Shown: one piece after another, positions 42,983 to 52,245 of the stretch
How the letters are laid out: each line of letters opens with the position of its first letter
Numbering within the stretch: the first letter of the stretch is position 1
NCBI GenBank assembly: GCA_963840855.1
Contig: CAWJBB010000067.1
Location: forward strand, 8,110 to 72,109
DNA length: 64,000 nucleotides
Reading direction: 5' to 3'
From: an uncultured delta proteobacterium
GTDB lineage: Bacteria; Desulfobacterota; Binatia; UBA9968
Position numbers and translations under genes: made by a program
The notes under the pieces: model-generated
What the model saw: only the letters and a program-made list of their open reading frames with translations
Database searches by the model: none
What the model was told of the DNA's origin: nothing

Positions 42983-44032
42983 ATGGCAATGAAAAAACTA
43001 GTCGTACTCATGCTATCTGCGTCAATTATAATTATCGCGCATCGCGGCGCGTTGGCTCAAACGAATTTTTATCAGGGCAAGACGATGACGTTTATCGTCA
43101 ACATGGCTGCCGGCGATGCCAACGATCTTTGGGCGCGCGCGCTGGCGCGCAATCTGGTGAAATATATTCCCGGGCATCCCAATATTGTCGCCCAGAATAT
43201 GGCCGGCGGCGGTTCGATGATTTCAGCGAATTATCTCTACAGCGTCGCTAAACCCGACGGCCTCACCATCGGTCAAACCTCCGCCAGTCTCTATTTCCAG
43301 CAACTCACCGGCCGGCCCGAGGTGCAATTCGATTGGCGCAAGTTCAGTTGGATCGGCTCGGCGGGCCTGGTTGAGGCGCTGCTGATGATGCGCGCCGATG
43401 CGCCGTACAAATCGATAGAGGATATCCGCACTGCTGGCGAGCCACCCAAATGTTCAGCCACGGCCCCGGGGTCGAGTGGACATATCAGCCTCAAAGTTTT
43501 GGAAGATGCGCTGGGCGCGAAGTTTCGCTTGGTCACCGGTTACAAGAGCGGCAGCGATCAAGATCTCGCCATCGAAAGAGGCGAAGTGCAATGCCGTTCG
43601 GTGTCCTCTGCGTCCTTCCTCGCCCGCGAGCCGTTCATCAGTTGGCAGAAAAAAGCCTTCATCCGCATCCTGGTGCAGAGCGGACGCAAGCGTAATCAAA
43701 AACTTGCCGAAGTACCGACGATCTACGAGTTGATGAAGCGCTACCAAACGACGGACGCGAAGCAGCGAGTGGCTGCGGTGCTGCTCGGCGCCGATCACTT
43801 CGGCCAATACCTCGCCGTGGCGCCGCCGGGCACGCCGTCCGATCGCGTGAAGATTTTGCGCGAAGCTTACAGTCGCGCTCTCAAGGACGCCGATTTGATC
43901 GAAGAGGCCAAGCGCCGCAATTGGAGCACCGACTCTATAAGCGGGGAAGAGCTGCAAACTTTGGCCAAGGAAGTGATCGATCAGCCGCCACAGCTAATTG
44001 GACGCATCAAAGAGCTGCTGAGTGGTAACTAA
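42983..44032 (+). CDS. Bug/TctC substrate-binding protein
   Basis: [43 protein letters not shown]. Confidence 0.9.
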   Translation: MAMKKLVVLMLSASIIIIAHRGALAQTNFYQGKTMTFIVNMAAGDANDLWARALARNLVKYIPGHPNIVAQNMAGGGSMISANYLYSVAKPDGLTIGQTSASLYFQQLTGRPEVQFDWRKFSWIGSAGLVEALLMMRADAPYKSIEDIRTAGEPPKCSATAPGSSGHISLKVLEDALGAKFRLVTGYKSGSDQDLAIERGEVQCRSVSSASFLAREPFISWQKKAFIRILVQSGRKRNQKLAEVPTIYELMKRYQTTDAKQRVAAVLLGADHFGQYLAVAPPGTPSDRVKILREAYSRALKDADLIEEAKRRNWSTDSISGEELQTLAKEVIDQPPQLIGRIKELLSGN

Positions 44033-44132
44033 TCGTGTTTCACGCCGATTGAGCCTTTATTCGTAGCGTAGGGGCTACGAAGAGAAGGGAAACTAAATAG
44101 GAACTAAATAGGGTCAGCTCAGGGACGATTTT

Positions 44133-44807
44133 ATGTGCGGCCGCTACACGTATTTTCCCGCTGAATTTTCCGATCTTCGCCTTACCTGGAATGTTGACGA
44201 AGTCTTCGGTTTAGATTTAAAGCCCCGCTATAACATCGCTCCGACTCAAGAAGCGCCAGTAATCGTTCAAGCGGACGCAAAGAGAAAAATCGAGCTGTTC
44301 CGCTGGGGATTGATCCCATGGTGGGCAAAAGATCCGGCCATCGGTAACAAGATGATCAATACCCGCGCTGAAACGCTTGCCGAGAAACCGGCATTCAGGG
44401 ACCTGTTAGGAAAGCGCCGCTGTCTCGTTCTTGCCGATGGCTTTTATGAATGGCGGAAGGAAGGAAAGGGCAAGGTTCCTATGCGCTTCAAACTCAAGTC
44501 TGGAGAGCCGTTCGCGTTCGCCGGCCTGTGGGATACCTGGAAACAACCAGATGGAAATCTCTTGCGCACCTATACGATTGTCACGACGGAACCCAACGAC
44601 GTGTTAAGGCCGATCCATGATCGAATGCCCGCTATGCTGAGCAACGACGAAGCGCAAAAATGGCTTGCCGTTGATGACGAAATCGCCCATGCGCTCGCCC
44701 TCCTGAAACCATATCCGCCGGAAAAGATGGAAGGCTACGAAGTGTCACCACTCGTGAGCAATCCCCGAAACGATTCGCCGGAATGCATCCGGCCGATTAA
44801 AGGTTAA
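44133..44807 (+). CDS. yedK: SOS response-associated peptidase (SRAP/YedK, abasic-site protection)
   Basis: N-terminal MCGRY, RYNIAPTQ, WGLIP, RCLVLADGFYEW, IHDRMP. Confidence 0.93.
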   Translation: MCGRYTYFPAEFSDLRLTWNVDEVFGLDLKPRYNIAPTQEAPVIVQADAKRKIELFRWGLIPWWAKDPAIGNKMINTRAETLAEKPAFRDLLGKRRCLVLADGFYEWRKEGKGKVPMRFKLKSGEPFAFAGLWDTWKQPDGNLLRTYTIVTTEPNDVLRPIHDRMPAMLSNDEAQKWLAVDDEIAHALALLKPYPPEKMEGYEVSPLVSNPRNDSPECIRPIKG

Positions 44808-45027
44808 ATCGCCATGATGGAACGGCTAAAAATCGAACTTGAAGATATCCAGACAATCCAGATATAACCTGGCGCGGAGTGATGGCTGAGAAACTGAACA
44901 AGGAACCGGTGTCCCGTTCGCACATGAAGACGCTCAAGTGTTTCAGGAGCCTTTTCACTGAAACCATTCAACTACTATGAAACCATACTCTCGATCCATC
45001 TTTGACCTCTTCGATGGCAAGCGCCGC

Positions 45028-45096
45028 TAAAATCTTGCCCGCCGCGGCGGTTGCGCGCATCGCTCCCGTGATCCCCACCGAATGCCAGCCCCGTCC
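45028..45096 (-). pseudogene. Short MmgE/PrpD internal fragment
   Basis: GRGWHSVGITGAMRATAAAGKIL parallels RGFHSTPVLGSIGAAVACASLL in the intact gene at 27840. Confidence 0.55.
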
Positions 45097-45196
45097 CTGC
45101 GGGCCGGCGCCTTCCCAACCTTCGGAGTCGAACCGAGTCCGACCTTGAAGCCTTCGACGAACTCAGGGCAGTTTGAACCCGGAATGTTGAGCTCAA

Positions 45197-46268
45197 TTAC
45201 TTGCTCGCCAATCCCCAAATTGCCGTGATTTTCTTCGTCAACCCCGGTGAGTACTCCCCCTCATCCCAGCCGGTGAAGATCGCCTTCGCTTTCGCCTCTT
45301 TGAAATCCTTCCACGTGTCGGTGCCCTCGAGAAAAGGCGAGCCCCGGCCGACCTTGTCATAACCCTTTTGTGCTTCGGTGGAGGCAAGCCAGCCCGTCAG
45401 TAGCAAAGCTGCGTTGGGAGATTTAGCGCCTTTCATGATGCCAAGCGATTCGTTTAGGCTCACCGGAACTTCGTCGGGCCAAGCGATTTTCAATTTGGCC
45501 GCGGGATCGTTGCGCAATACGCTATCGACCGAAGCGTAGGAGGTGCCGCAGACCATCGCGAACTCGCCCGCCGCAATCATGGTTAAAGGCCTTGGTGATG
45601 CCGCGCTGCCAGCTGGGATTTTGTTCCTTGATGCGCTTGGCAAACTGCAGAATGCGCTGCTCACCCCACGCCGGATAGAGGCTCACCAGAGCCGTGGGAC
45701 GGACGTCCATCGCAAACTTGCCTTTCCAGTACGGGTGGAGGCAATCGTCCCATTTGTGCGGCACTCGCTCCGGCGGCACCAGGCTCGGATTGTAGGCGAT
45801 CACTCTTGGGTAGAAGGAACCACCCGCCATGTAGCCGTTCGGGCTCACGTGTTCTTTCGGGGTCTTTGGAAAATACTTCTCCCAATTAAACGGCCCGGCC
45901 AATACGCCGCCCTTTACGAACCTGCTCCGCAGCTCCGTGACGATTTTGACCGCATCGTATTCGGTGCGTCCCACTAGCGCTTCGGTAAAAGTCTTTTCGC
46001 CGGATTCGATGCCGGTCGTGCTCTCGTATTCGACTTTTATTTCCGGGTATTTTTTGTAGAAGCCGTCGAGTACGGTGGCCACTTCTTTGAGGTCGAGCGC
46101 AGCGAGAACCCGGACTCTCCCCTCTTTCTGCGCGAGCTTGACGAGTTCTTCGACGCTGCTGCCGAAACCCTGAGGTACGGAAGCTGCATACACCGGCGCA
46201 ATGCCGACTATCCAGAGCACTCCGACCGCGCCCGCCCATGCCAGGTTCTTCGACTTCCGATGCTTCAT
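45197..46268 (-). CDS. ABC-type solute-binding protein; one-base frameshift near 45586
   Basis: Signal peptide, AQKEG, AYNPSLV..PHKWDDCL; after the shift LTMIAAGEF...AKSPNAALLLTGWL. Confidence 0.8.
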
Positions 46269-46586
46269 CGTGCTATCTCCTACGAAGCAAAAGTAGTGTC
46301 AGGCTTTGCTTCTTTGATATTGCGGCGCGCTCCCTACGCGTTGCGACAGGATCGAGGTATGGGACGCGGAAAAACAACAGACTTTTGTCTTTCTCACCAA
46401 TCAGCTCTTTTGCCATCGATTTCGATTCCAATCGTTTCTGTTTTTCCTTAGGCATCTTCCTTCACCTTCAATATTCGGTAAGAGAGAATGCAACGACGAT
46501 CGTTTTCGAACCTGCCGCAAATAAGCTAAACGCGTTACAGCAGAACGCAGTCATTCTAACCCAGCCGGAATCCATTGGCCCTATTA

Positions 46587-46877
46587 TTAGAAAAGTTCCA
46601 CTCGGATATGGCGGCCGAGCACCTGCGCCGCACGTGCGAGAGTCTCAAGAGTTACGCCACTATGAGAGGGATCCAACAGGCGGTCCAGCTGGCTCCGGCT
46701 TGTTTTCATCCGGCGCGCCATTTGTAATTTGCTCATGCGTCGGGCCTTCATCGCCTCTTCGAGTTGCCAGGCTATGACCCGCTTCACCGCGACGGTTTCC
46801 ACCTCATTGTAAACACCTTCGTCCTTCAAAAAATCATCAAACGAAGAGCCAATTCGGCCTTTCTTGCGACTCGTCAT
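46587..46877 (-). CDS. XRE/HTH antitoxin (HigA-like)
   Basis: IGSSFDDFL..EG, MARRMKTSRSQLDRLLDP, TLETL; start overlaps the toxin stop. Confidence 0.88.
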   Translation of the reverse strand: MTSRKKGRIGSSFDDFLKDEGVYNEVETVAVKRVIAWQLEEAMKARRMSKLQMARRMKTSRSQLDRLLDPSHSGVTLETLARAAQVLGRHIRVELF

Positions 46878-47223
46878 TTTTCAGTCTCCTTGAGTCTCTT
46901 GCGCGCGAGCGACAAATCTTCATCCGGCGTTTGCTGTGTTTTCTTTATGAACCCGTGCAATAGTACCATCTGGTTCCGTACGATCCCGAAGATCACGCGC
47001 GCGATCCGGTTATTTCGGAGCATCCTACGCACCTCCCAGAGACCTTGCCCTAAGGGGCGACATGTCGGCATGCCGATGGGCCAACCGTATTCAACAGTGG
47101 CGATATCTTCTCCAATCACCTTACGGTCTTCGGCGTCGAGAGCCTTAAGCCACTCCCTCACCGGCTCCCGGCCAGCGCCGCTCTGATAAAAAGCGGCTGG
47201 GATCTTCTTTAATCGCGTCGCAC
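46874..47223 (-). CDS. RelE/ParE-family (HigB/Gp49-like) toxin; start uncertain
   Basis: FYQSGAGREPVREWL, GWPIGMP, GLWEVR, LLHGFIKKTQQTP. A GTG at 47223 is one base out of frame and may be the real start. Confidence 0.88.
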
Positions 47224-47261
47224 GTTCGATTCCGCGGGTGAACAGTGGCTTCTGGTGAGTT

Positions 47262-47289
47262 ACTGTACCATAATAGGTGCACACGTCAA
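47262..47289 (-). promoter_or_regulatory. Sigma70 promoter with overlapping operator palindrome for the toxin-antitoxin operon
   Basis: Minus strand TTGACG-16 nt-TACAGT; inverted repeat tgtacc-ataata-ggtgca spans the spacer and -10. Confidence 0.65.
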
Positions 47290-47362
47290 ATCTCTGTCCG
47301 CTTGTCCAGATTATAGCCGTGTCCGTGAAATCCGAGAGACCGGCGGAAAGCCTGGGGCAAAT

Positions 47363-47675
47363 CGTGAGGGATGATCAGGCCTGAGTATTGACTAACTTGC
47401 CTTCCGCATCTCGCCCGCAAAATTCATTGACCATCGACTGAGCGACATTGATTAAAAAGAGGTTACAGTAAGTCCGCTTTTAGCTTTTATTAGACATCGG
47501 GTGCGGATCATGTCGCAGTCAGCCCAGCACCTTCAGATCTAAACGAATCGTGATGAGCTTTCTCGGCTCGTCGCCCGCTTCACTTGCGATCTTCGCTGGA
47601 AACTCGACGACCTCGGTGATGGCGTTTTTTTGATGAGCAGCCTGCCGGCGCGTTGGTTAACCCGCAGATAAAAAG
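47363..47675. repeat. About 300-bp diverged direct repeat, copy 1 (decayed gene-like)
   Basis: Blocks gagtattgac.aact.gc, tctaaacgaa...gatgagctttctcggctcgtcgccc and tgccggcgcgttgg.taacccgc.gataaaaag are shared with 48802-49099. Confidence 0.85.
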
Positions 47676-47806
47676 CAGGAGAAAAAGGCTTGCATGTGTG
47701 AATAGACTCTGGCCTCATCAATGACGACTGCGGACAAATCGCCTCGGGAACGTGCCTTCATTTCTAAACGATCTTGCAGCCGCTCGCTTACTTCGGGTTG
47801 AGTCCT

Positions 47807-48292
47807 TCAGAAGTAGCCGATTAGGCGTCCCAACGTTAGGGCTGTGAGCCAGGTGGCGAGCGATGTGCCGGCGGCGAGCCGCAACGGTAGTGGCGGCTTG
47901 GCGTGCAACGATGCGATTTCCGAAGCTTGGGCAGACGGTAGCATGCGTAACGTCAAAACGTTTGCCGTCCCGATGGCCACGACGAGCATTTTAGCGATGA
48001 AAAGGTTGGGAGCTATATACTCAGTGGCCCGGGTGATGAACAGAAGCGTCCCAAAAACTATTGCCAGAACAAGACCGATGCCGGCGCTGCGAGTCAGGAC
48101 GCCCCACAGCGGCGCGAGCGGTACGGAACGCCACGCTCCGAGAAGACGGAGATCCAAGGGCAGGATCGATCCGACCAGAAGCGCCACGCCGAGGATGTGA
48201 GCGGCGTTGACCAGCGGATAGCTCCAAACCGAATTGCGGAGCGCCGCCGCGACCTCCGTCGCTTCCAGGGCCGCGGCCCATTCTTCGAGCAT
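47807..48292 (-). CDS. Membrane protein (DUF2214/DUF6644-like)
   Basis: YPLVNAAHILG..LLVGSI..LDLRLLG, GTLLF, F.AKM, GRLIGY. Confidence 0.75.
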   Translation of the reverse strand: MLEEWAAALEATEVAAALRNSVWSYPLVNAAHILGVALLVGSILPLDLRLLGAWRSVPLAPLWGVLTRSAGIGLVLAIVFGTLLFITRATEYIAPNLFIAKMLVVAIGTANVLTLRMLPSAQASEIASLHAKPPLPLRLAAGTSLATWLTALTLGRLIGYF

Positions 48293-48313
48293 CTGCGCGC
48301 CGCGGGCCGCTAC

Positions 48314-48697
48314 TCAGGACTGGCGGTCCGGGTAAAGATTGTAGCTCTTGCCGTTGATGACCACGCGCTCGGCCTTCATCAACCGCTCGCCTTTCTTGGC
48401 GGAGCGATGGCCGTGCGCGGTGATGACTTGTCCCTTGCTCAGCATCTTCGGCGTGAGTCCCGCATTATCGTTGCGCCAAGGCTGGCCCACTTCGACGATC
48501 CACTTCTCGCCCTTGACGTTCAGTGTCAGCTCGCCGTGAGGATTGCCCAGCCGCACGGCCGCAATCTCGCCGGTGAGTTGGAATTCCTCGGCGGTCGCCC
48601 AACCCCAGCCATGATGAGCCGAAGCCGCTTGCGCCAGGAAGACTCCCGCGAACAACGCGAGGAGCGCCAGCCGAACTTTTCTTGATACTGAGTTCAT
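48314..48697 (-). CDS. Secreted DUF6152-like protein (N-terminal His-His after the signal peptide)
   Basis: ASA|HHGW, LGNPHG, WIVE. Confidence 0.75.
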   Translation of the reverse strand: MNSVSRKVRLALLALFAGVFLAQAASAHHGWGWATAEEFQLTGEIAAVRLGNPHGELTLNVKGEKWIVEVGQPWRNDNAGLTPKMLSKGQVITAHGHRSAKKGERLMKAERVVINGKSYNLYPDRQS

Positions 48698-48801
48698 CAC
48701 AAACCCCCAAATCATAATCTGGATTTCATATTAACGGTTCGGATCGCCAAGCGCTACGCCGGCCCAATCCAAAACGCATATCGGGGGATTTGTGTGAGCA
48801 G

Positions 48802-49099
48802 CGTGAAGGGCAGGCGTGAGTATTGACCAACTCGCTTTTCGCATCTCGCCGGCCAGGATTTCGTTGACTAGCGACTGAACGACATTTAGGGTTCAAATCG
48901 TCCAACGGCCGTGTTCGTGTTCCGTGACCGTGTCTTCAGAATCAACCCGAGACTTTGCGTCTAAACGAAACTCGATGAGCTTTCTCGGCTCGTCGCCCCC
49001 TCCTCTGCGATCTTCACTGGAAACCAAACTCGACCTCGATGATGACGTCTTTTTTGATGAGCAGATTGCCGGCGCGTTGGCTAACCCGCGGATAAAAAG
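48802..49099. repeat. About 300-bp diverged direct repeat, copy 2
   Basis: Homologous to 47363-47675. Confidence 0.85.
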
Positions 49100-49176
49100 G
49101 GACCTAGATCCATTGAGCGGAATTGTTATGCTGGAAAGTGCTTGGGCCCAACACTGAGTATTAACCTGATGCCGTT

Positions 49177-50478
49177 ATGAAGAGTGACACAGCTGAGGTT
49201 CTGTCGATCGGTGGGCGCGAGGTCCATGTAACCCACCCCGACAAGCCGTATTTTTCTAAGCAGACGAAGCTCTCGAAACTCGATCTCGTGCGCTACTATA
49301 TATCGGTCGCGCCGGGCGCTCTCGCTGGCATCCGGGACCGTCCGCTGGTTCTCAAGCGCTTCGTCGATGGTGCCGAAGGCGAGGCGTTCTATCAGAAACG
49401 GGCCCCCGCCAAGCGGCCCTCGTGGTTGCGCACCGTTACGCTGTCATTTCCATCGGGCCGCAAAGCGGAAGAGGTCGTCGTCGACGACGCGGCGGGGCTC
49501 GCGTGGATCGTGAACCTGGGCTGCATCGAGCTCCATCCACACCCCGTGCGCTCCGGCGATCTCGAGCACCCGGACGAGTTGCGCGTCGACCTCGATCCAG
49601 GTCCCGGCGTCGCATGGGATGACGTGCGCCGTGTGGCTCTCGAGGTAAAATCGTTTATCGACGAGATGGGGCTTCGTGGCTGGCCGAAGACGAGCGGTTC
49701 GCGGGGAATGCATGTGAATGTGCGGATCGAACAGTGCTGGACGTTCGTCGACGTGCGCCGTGCCGCGCTCGCGCTATCGCGCGCAGTCGAGCGCCGTTTA
49801 CCGGCACTGGCCAGCTCGAAATGGTGGAAGGAGGAGCGTCACGGCGTGTTCCTCGACTACAACCAGAACGCGAAGGACCGCACGACCTGCTCCGCCTATT
49901 CCGTGCGTCCCGTTCCAGACGCCCGCGTGTCCACGCCGCTTCACTGGCACGAGGTCCCCGACTGCGACCCAGCCGACTTCACCGTGCTCACGGTTCCCAA
50001 GCGCTTATCGGAGCTCGGCGACCCGCACGCAGACATCGACGCCGCGCCGGGTTCGCTCGAAAAGCTGCTGGAACTCGCGGCCGAAGACGAAGCGGCGGGT
50101 CTCGGCGACGCACCCTGGCCTCCACACTTTCGTAAGATGGAAGGCGAAGCACCGCGCGTCCAGCCTTCGCGCGCCCGCGCCGCGGTGAAGAAACCCGCCA
50201 CGAAGAAGCCACGAACGAGGATGCCGCTTCTGGTGGTCGCGAACTCTCCGGACAAAGAAGCGGCCCTCGCCGGTCTGGAAAGATGGAAGAGTAGACATCC
50301 CGAAGTGGCCAGCCTTCTCGCCGTGGACGACGTGCTGATCGACTCCATGCGCGGCAGGTCATCCACCTGGACTCGCATCCGAGTGAACCTGCGTAATGTG
50401 CCCGAAGGGTTGCGCCCGCCGCAAGAAACCCCCGACCCTGATAACGATCCAACGCGTGAATGGCGTAGCCGAAGGTAA
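49177..50478 (+). CDS. LigD-polymerase-domain primase-polymerase (Prim-PolC-like) with C-terminal extension
   Basis: VTHPDK, FYQKR, ELRVDLDP, KTSGSRGMH, WWKEER, VFLDYNQN, AYSVR. Confidence 0.9.
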   Translation: MKSDTAEVLSIGGREVHVTHPDKPYFSKQTKLSKLDLVRYYISVAPGALAGIRDRPLVLKRFVDGAEGEAFYQKRAPAKRPSWLRTVTLSFPSGRKAEEVVVDDAAGLAWIVNLGCIELHPHPVRSGDLEHPDELRVDLDPGPGVAWDDVRRVALEVKSFIDEMGLRGWPKTSGSRGMHVNVRIEQCWTFVDVRRAALALSRAVERRLPALASSKWWKEERHGVFLDYNQNAKDRTTCSAYSVRPVPDARVSTPLHWHEVPDCDPADFTVLTVPKRLSELGDPHADIDAAPGSLEKLLELAAEDEAAGLGDAPWPPHFRKMEGEAPRVQPSRARAAVKKPATKKPRTRMPLLVVANSPDKEAALAGLERWKSRHPEVASLLAVDDVLIDSMRGRSSTWTRIRVNLRNVPEGLRPPQETPDPDNDPTREWRSRR

Positions 50479-50553
50479 GAGTTCAAGGTTCAAAGTTCAA
50501 GGTTGAGGGAATCGGGGGACGTTGAACACGGAACATTGAACGTTGAACCGCCC
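50479..50553. repeat. Heptamer palindromic element, copy 2 (inverted relative to 29223-29297)
   Basis: gttcaag-type repeats, gggaatcggggg spacer, ttgaac-type repeats. Confidence 0.85.
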
Positions 50554-50564
50554 GCGGAAGCGGG

Positions 50565-51653
50565 CTAGCGACCGGCGGCGAAAATCACCGCCAGCTCTTG
50601 TGGTGGCACGACTTCGAGCTGCGCATACGTGCAGTCGCTCGGCTTCTTGTCCGTGCGCCACCTGCGAAACTGCGCCGTGTGACGGAAGCGGCTGCCCTGC
50701 ATGTGGTCGTAAGCGACTTCGACGACCAGTTCGGGACGGAGCGGCTCCCAGGACAAGTCCTTGCCGCCGCTCCAGCGGCTCTGGGCGCCAGGCATGCGAT
50801 GTTCGGTTTCAGCGCTCGATGGTGCATGCTCGGCCCAATCTTTCCAAGGGTGAGCGGCCAAGGCGTTTTCGCGGTACGGCGCGAGGAATTCTACCAGCTC
50901 GCATCGCTTCTTGTCCGTGAAGCTCGCGCAGACGCCGACATGCTGCAACGCGCCGGAGTCGTCGAAAAGGCCGAGCAGGAGTGAGCCAACAGCCGCGCGT
51001 TCACCTTTTTTGTGCCAGCGAAAACCGGCAACGACACAATCGCAGTCGCGCTCGTGCTTGACCTTGAGCATCACGCGCTTATTGGATTCGTAGCTTCCGG
51101 AAACCGGCTTGGCGACGACGCCGTCGAGACCGGCGCCCTCGAAGCGACGAAACCAGTCCGCCGCTATGCTTAATTCGCTGGTTGCAGGCGTCAGATGCAG
51201 TGGCGGCGCTGCAGATGAAAGCAGCGATTCCAGCACTCGCCGGCGATCTTGGAACGCCATGCTGCGCAGATCTCGCTCGCCCTCGCTCAGGAGATCGAAG
51301 AACACGATGGACGCTGGAATTTCCTGTGAGAGAAGCTTTACCCGCGAGCTAGCGGGATGAATGCGGAGCTGCAGGGCATCGAAGTCGAGGGCGCCATGCT
51401 TTGCCACGACGATTTCGCCGTCGAGCGCACAGCGCGCGGGCAGCTGTGAGCGGAGCGGCTCGAGCAATTCCGGAAAGTAGCGATTGAGCGATTTTCCGTC
51501 GCGACTCTGGATCAAAATCTCGTCCTCGTCGCGAAACACCAGGGCGCGGAACCCATCCCATTTCGGTTCATAGATCCATGTTCCGCCTATCGGTAATTCG
51601 CCGACCCGCTTGGCGAGCATCGGCATAACTGGCGGGTTCACAGGAAGATGCAT
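50565..51653 (-). CDS. ligC: ATP-dependent DNA ligase C
   Basis: PMLAK, EPKWDGFR, LDGEI, FDLL, GAGLDGVVAK, KVKH, SRWS..KDLSWEPLRPE, RFRH. Confidence 0.9.
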   Translation of the reverse strand: MHLPVNPPVMPMLAKRVGELPIGGTWIYEPKWDGFRALVFRDEDEILIQSRDGKSLNRYFPELLEPLRSQLPARCALDGEIVVAKHGALDFDALQLRIHPASSRVKLLSQEIPASIVFFDLLSEGERDLRSMAFQDRRRVLESLLSSAAPPLHLTPATSELSIAADWFRRFEGAGLDGVVAKPVSGSYESNKRVMLKVKHERDCDCVVAGFRWHKKGERAAVGSLLLGLFDDSGALQHVGVCASFTDKKRCELVEFLAPYRENALAAHPWKDWAEHAPSSAETEHRMPGAQSRWSGGKDLSWEPLRPELVVEVAYDHMQGSRFRHTAQFRRWRTDKKPSDCTYAQLEVVPPQELAVIFAAGR

Positions 51654-51856
51654 ATCTAAGGCAGCCAGTCTCTAGGTCAGGTTGTGCATGACACATTCCG
51701 CTGGTTTCACGTAGTTAAATATCGCCTGGCCATTATTTATTAATGTACCGGAAAAGCGTCAACGCACCAACGACATGCCTGTCTTAGAAACCAAAGCGGA
51801 GGCGAAAATCCCTCCCTCCTTTTTTTGATTTATACCGATTTATTCTCCTTCGCCGA

Positions 51857-51980
51857 ATACCTCGCAGCTTGCTGCGAGGATGAAGGTGAGGAGAACCCTC
51901 CGTAGCCTTGGCGAAGGAGGGTGGAAGGGCTTCGGAGAATTTCGCAAGATACCTCGGAGCTTTGCTCCGAGGAGCTTCAT
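51857..51980. mobile_element. Palindrome-associated (IS200/IS605-end-like) miniature element
   Basis: Two related hairpins atacctcgcagcttgctgcgagg and atacctcggagctttgctccgagg flank a third hairpin. Confidence 0.6.
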
Positions 51981-52125
51981 TTACCCCGTTTACCGTACCG
52001 GCCGGCTCCGAAACGATTTGAACATTTTGAACGGCTCGAACGATTTGAATAGCGGCGCTTCGCGCCGTACCCTTGGCTGGTGGAAAACTTTTCTTGATTG
52101 CGATAAGTGAATTTCTATCTTTTAT

Positions 52126-52203
52126 GTCATTCCGGCCACGCTGGCGAGCGCGAGCCGGAAGCCAGTCGAGAGAACCTGGATTCCCGCCTCCGCGGGAATG
52201 ACA
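52126..52203. repeat. REP-like palindrome (gtcattcc...ggattcccgc...gggaatgac family)
   Basis: tgtcattccggc ... ctggattcccgcctccgcgggaatgaca; related to the core of 30320-30410. Confidence 0.7.
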
Positions 52204-52245
52204 ACTACTGACCATGAAACCGAAAGGCTAGTAGCAGACCATTCA

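Noticed and set aside
46273-46455. 60-aa ORF upstream of the binding-protein gene
   Set aside because: No recognisable motif; overlaps the probable promoter region.
40700-49100. Prophage or intact integrative element
   Set aside because: No integrase, structural or replication genes; only relics and a toxin-antitoxin pair.
51784-52215. 143-aa minus-strand ORF, and ORFs 30244-30501, 57257-57496 and 59704-60102
   Set aside because: They are translations through stacked intergenic repeats.
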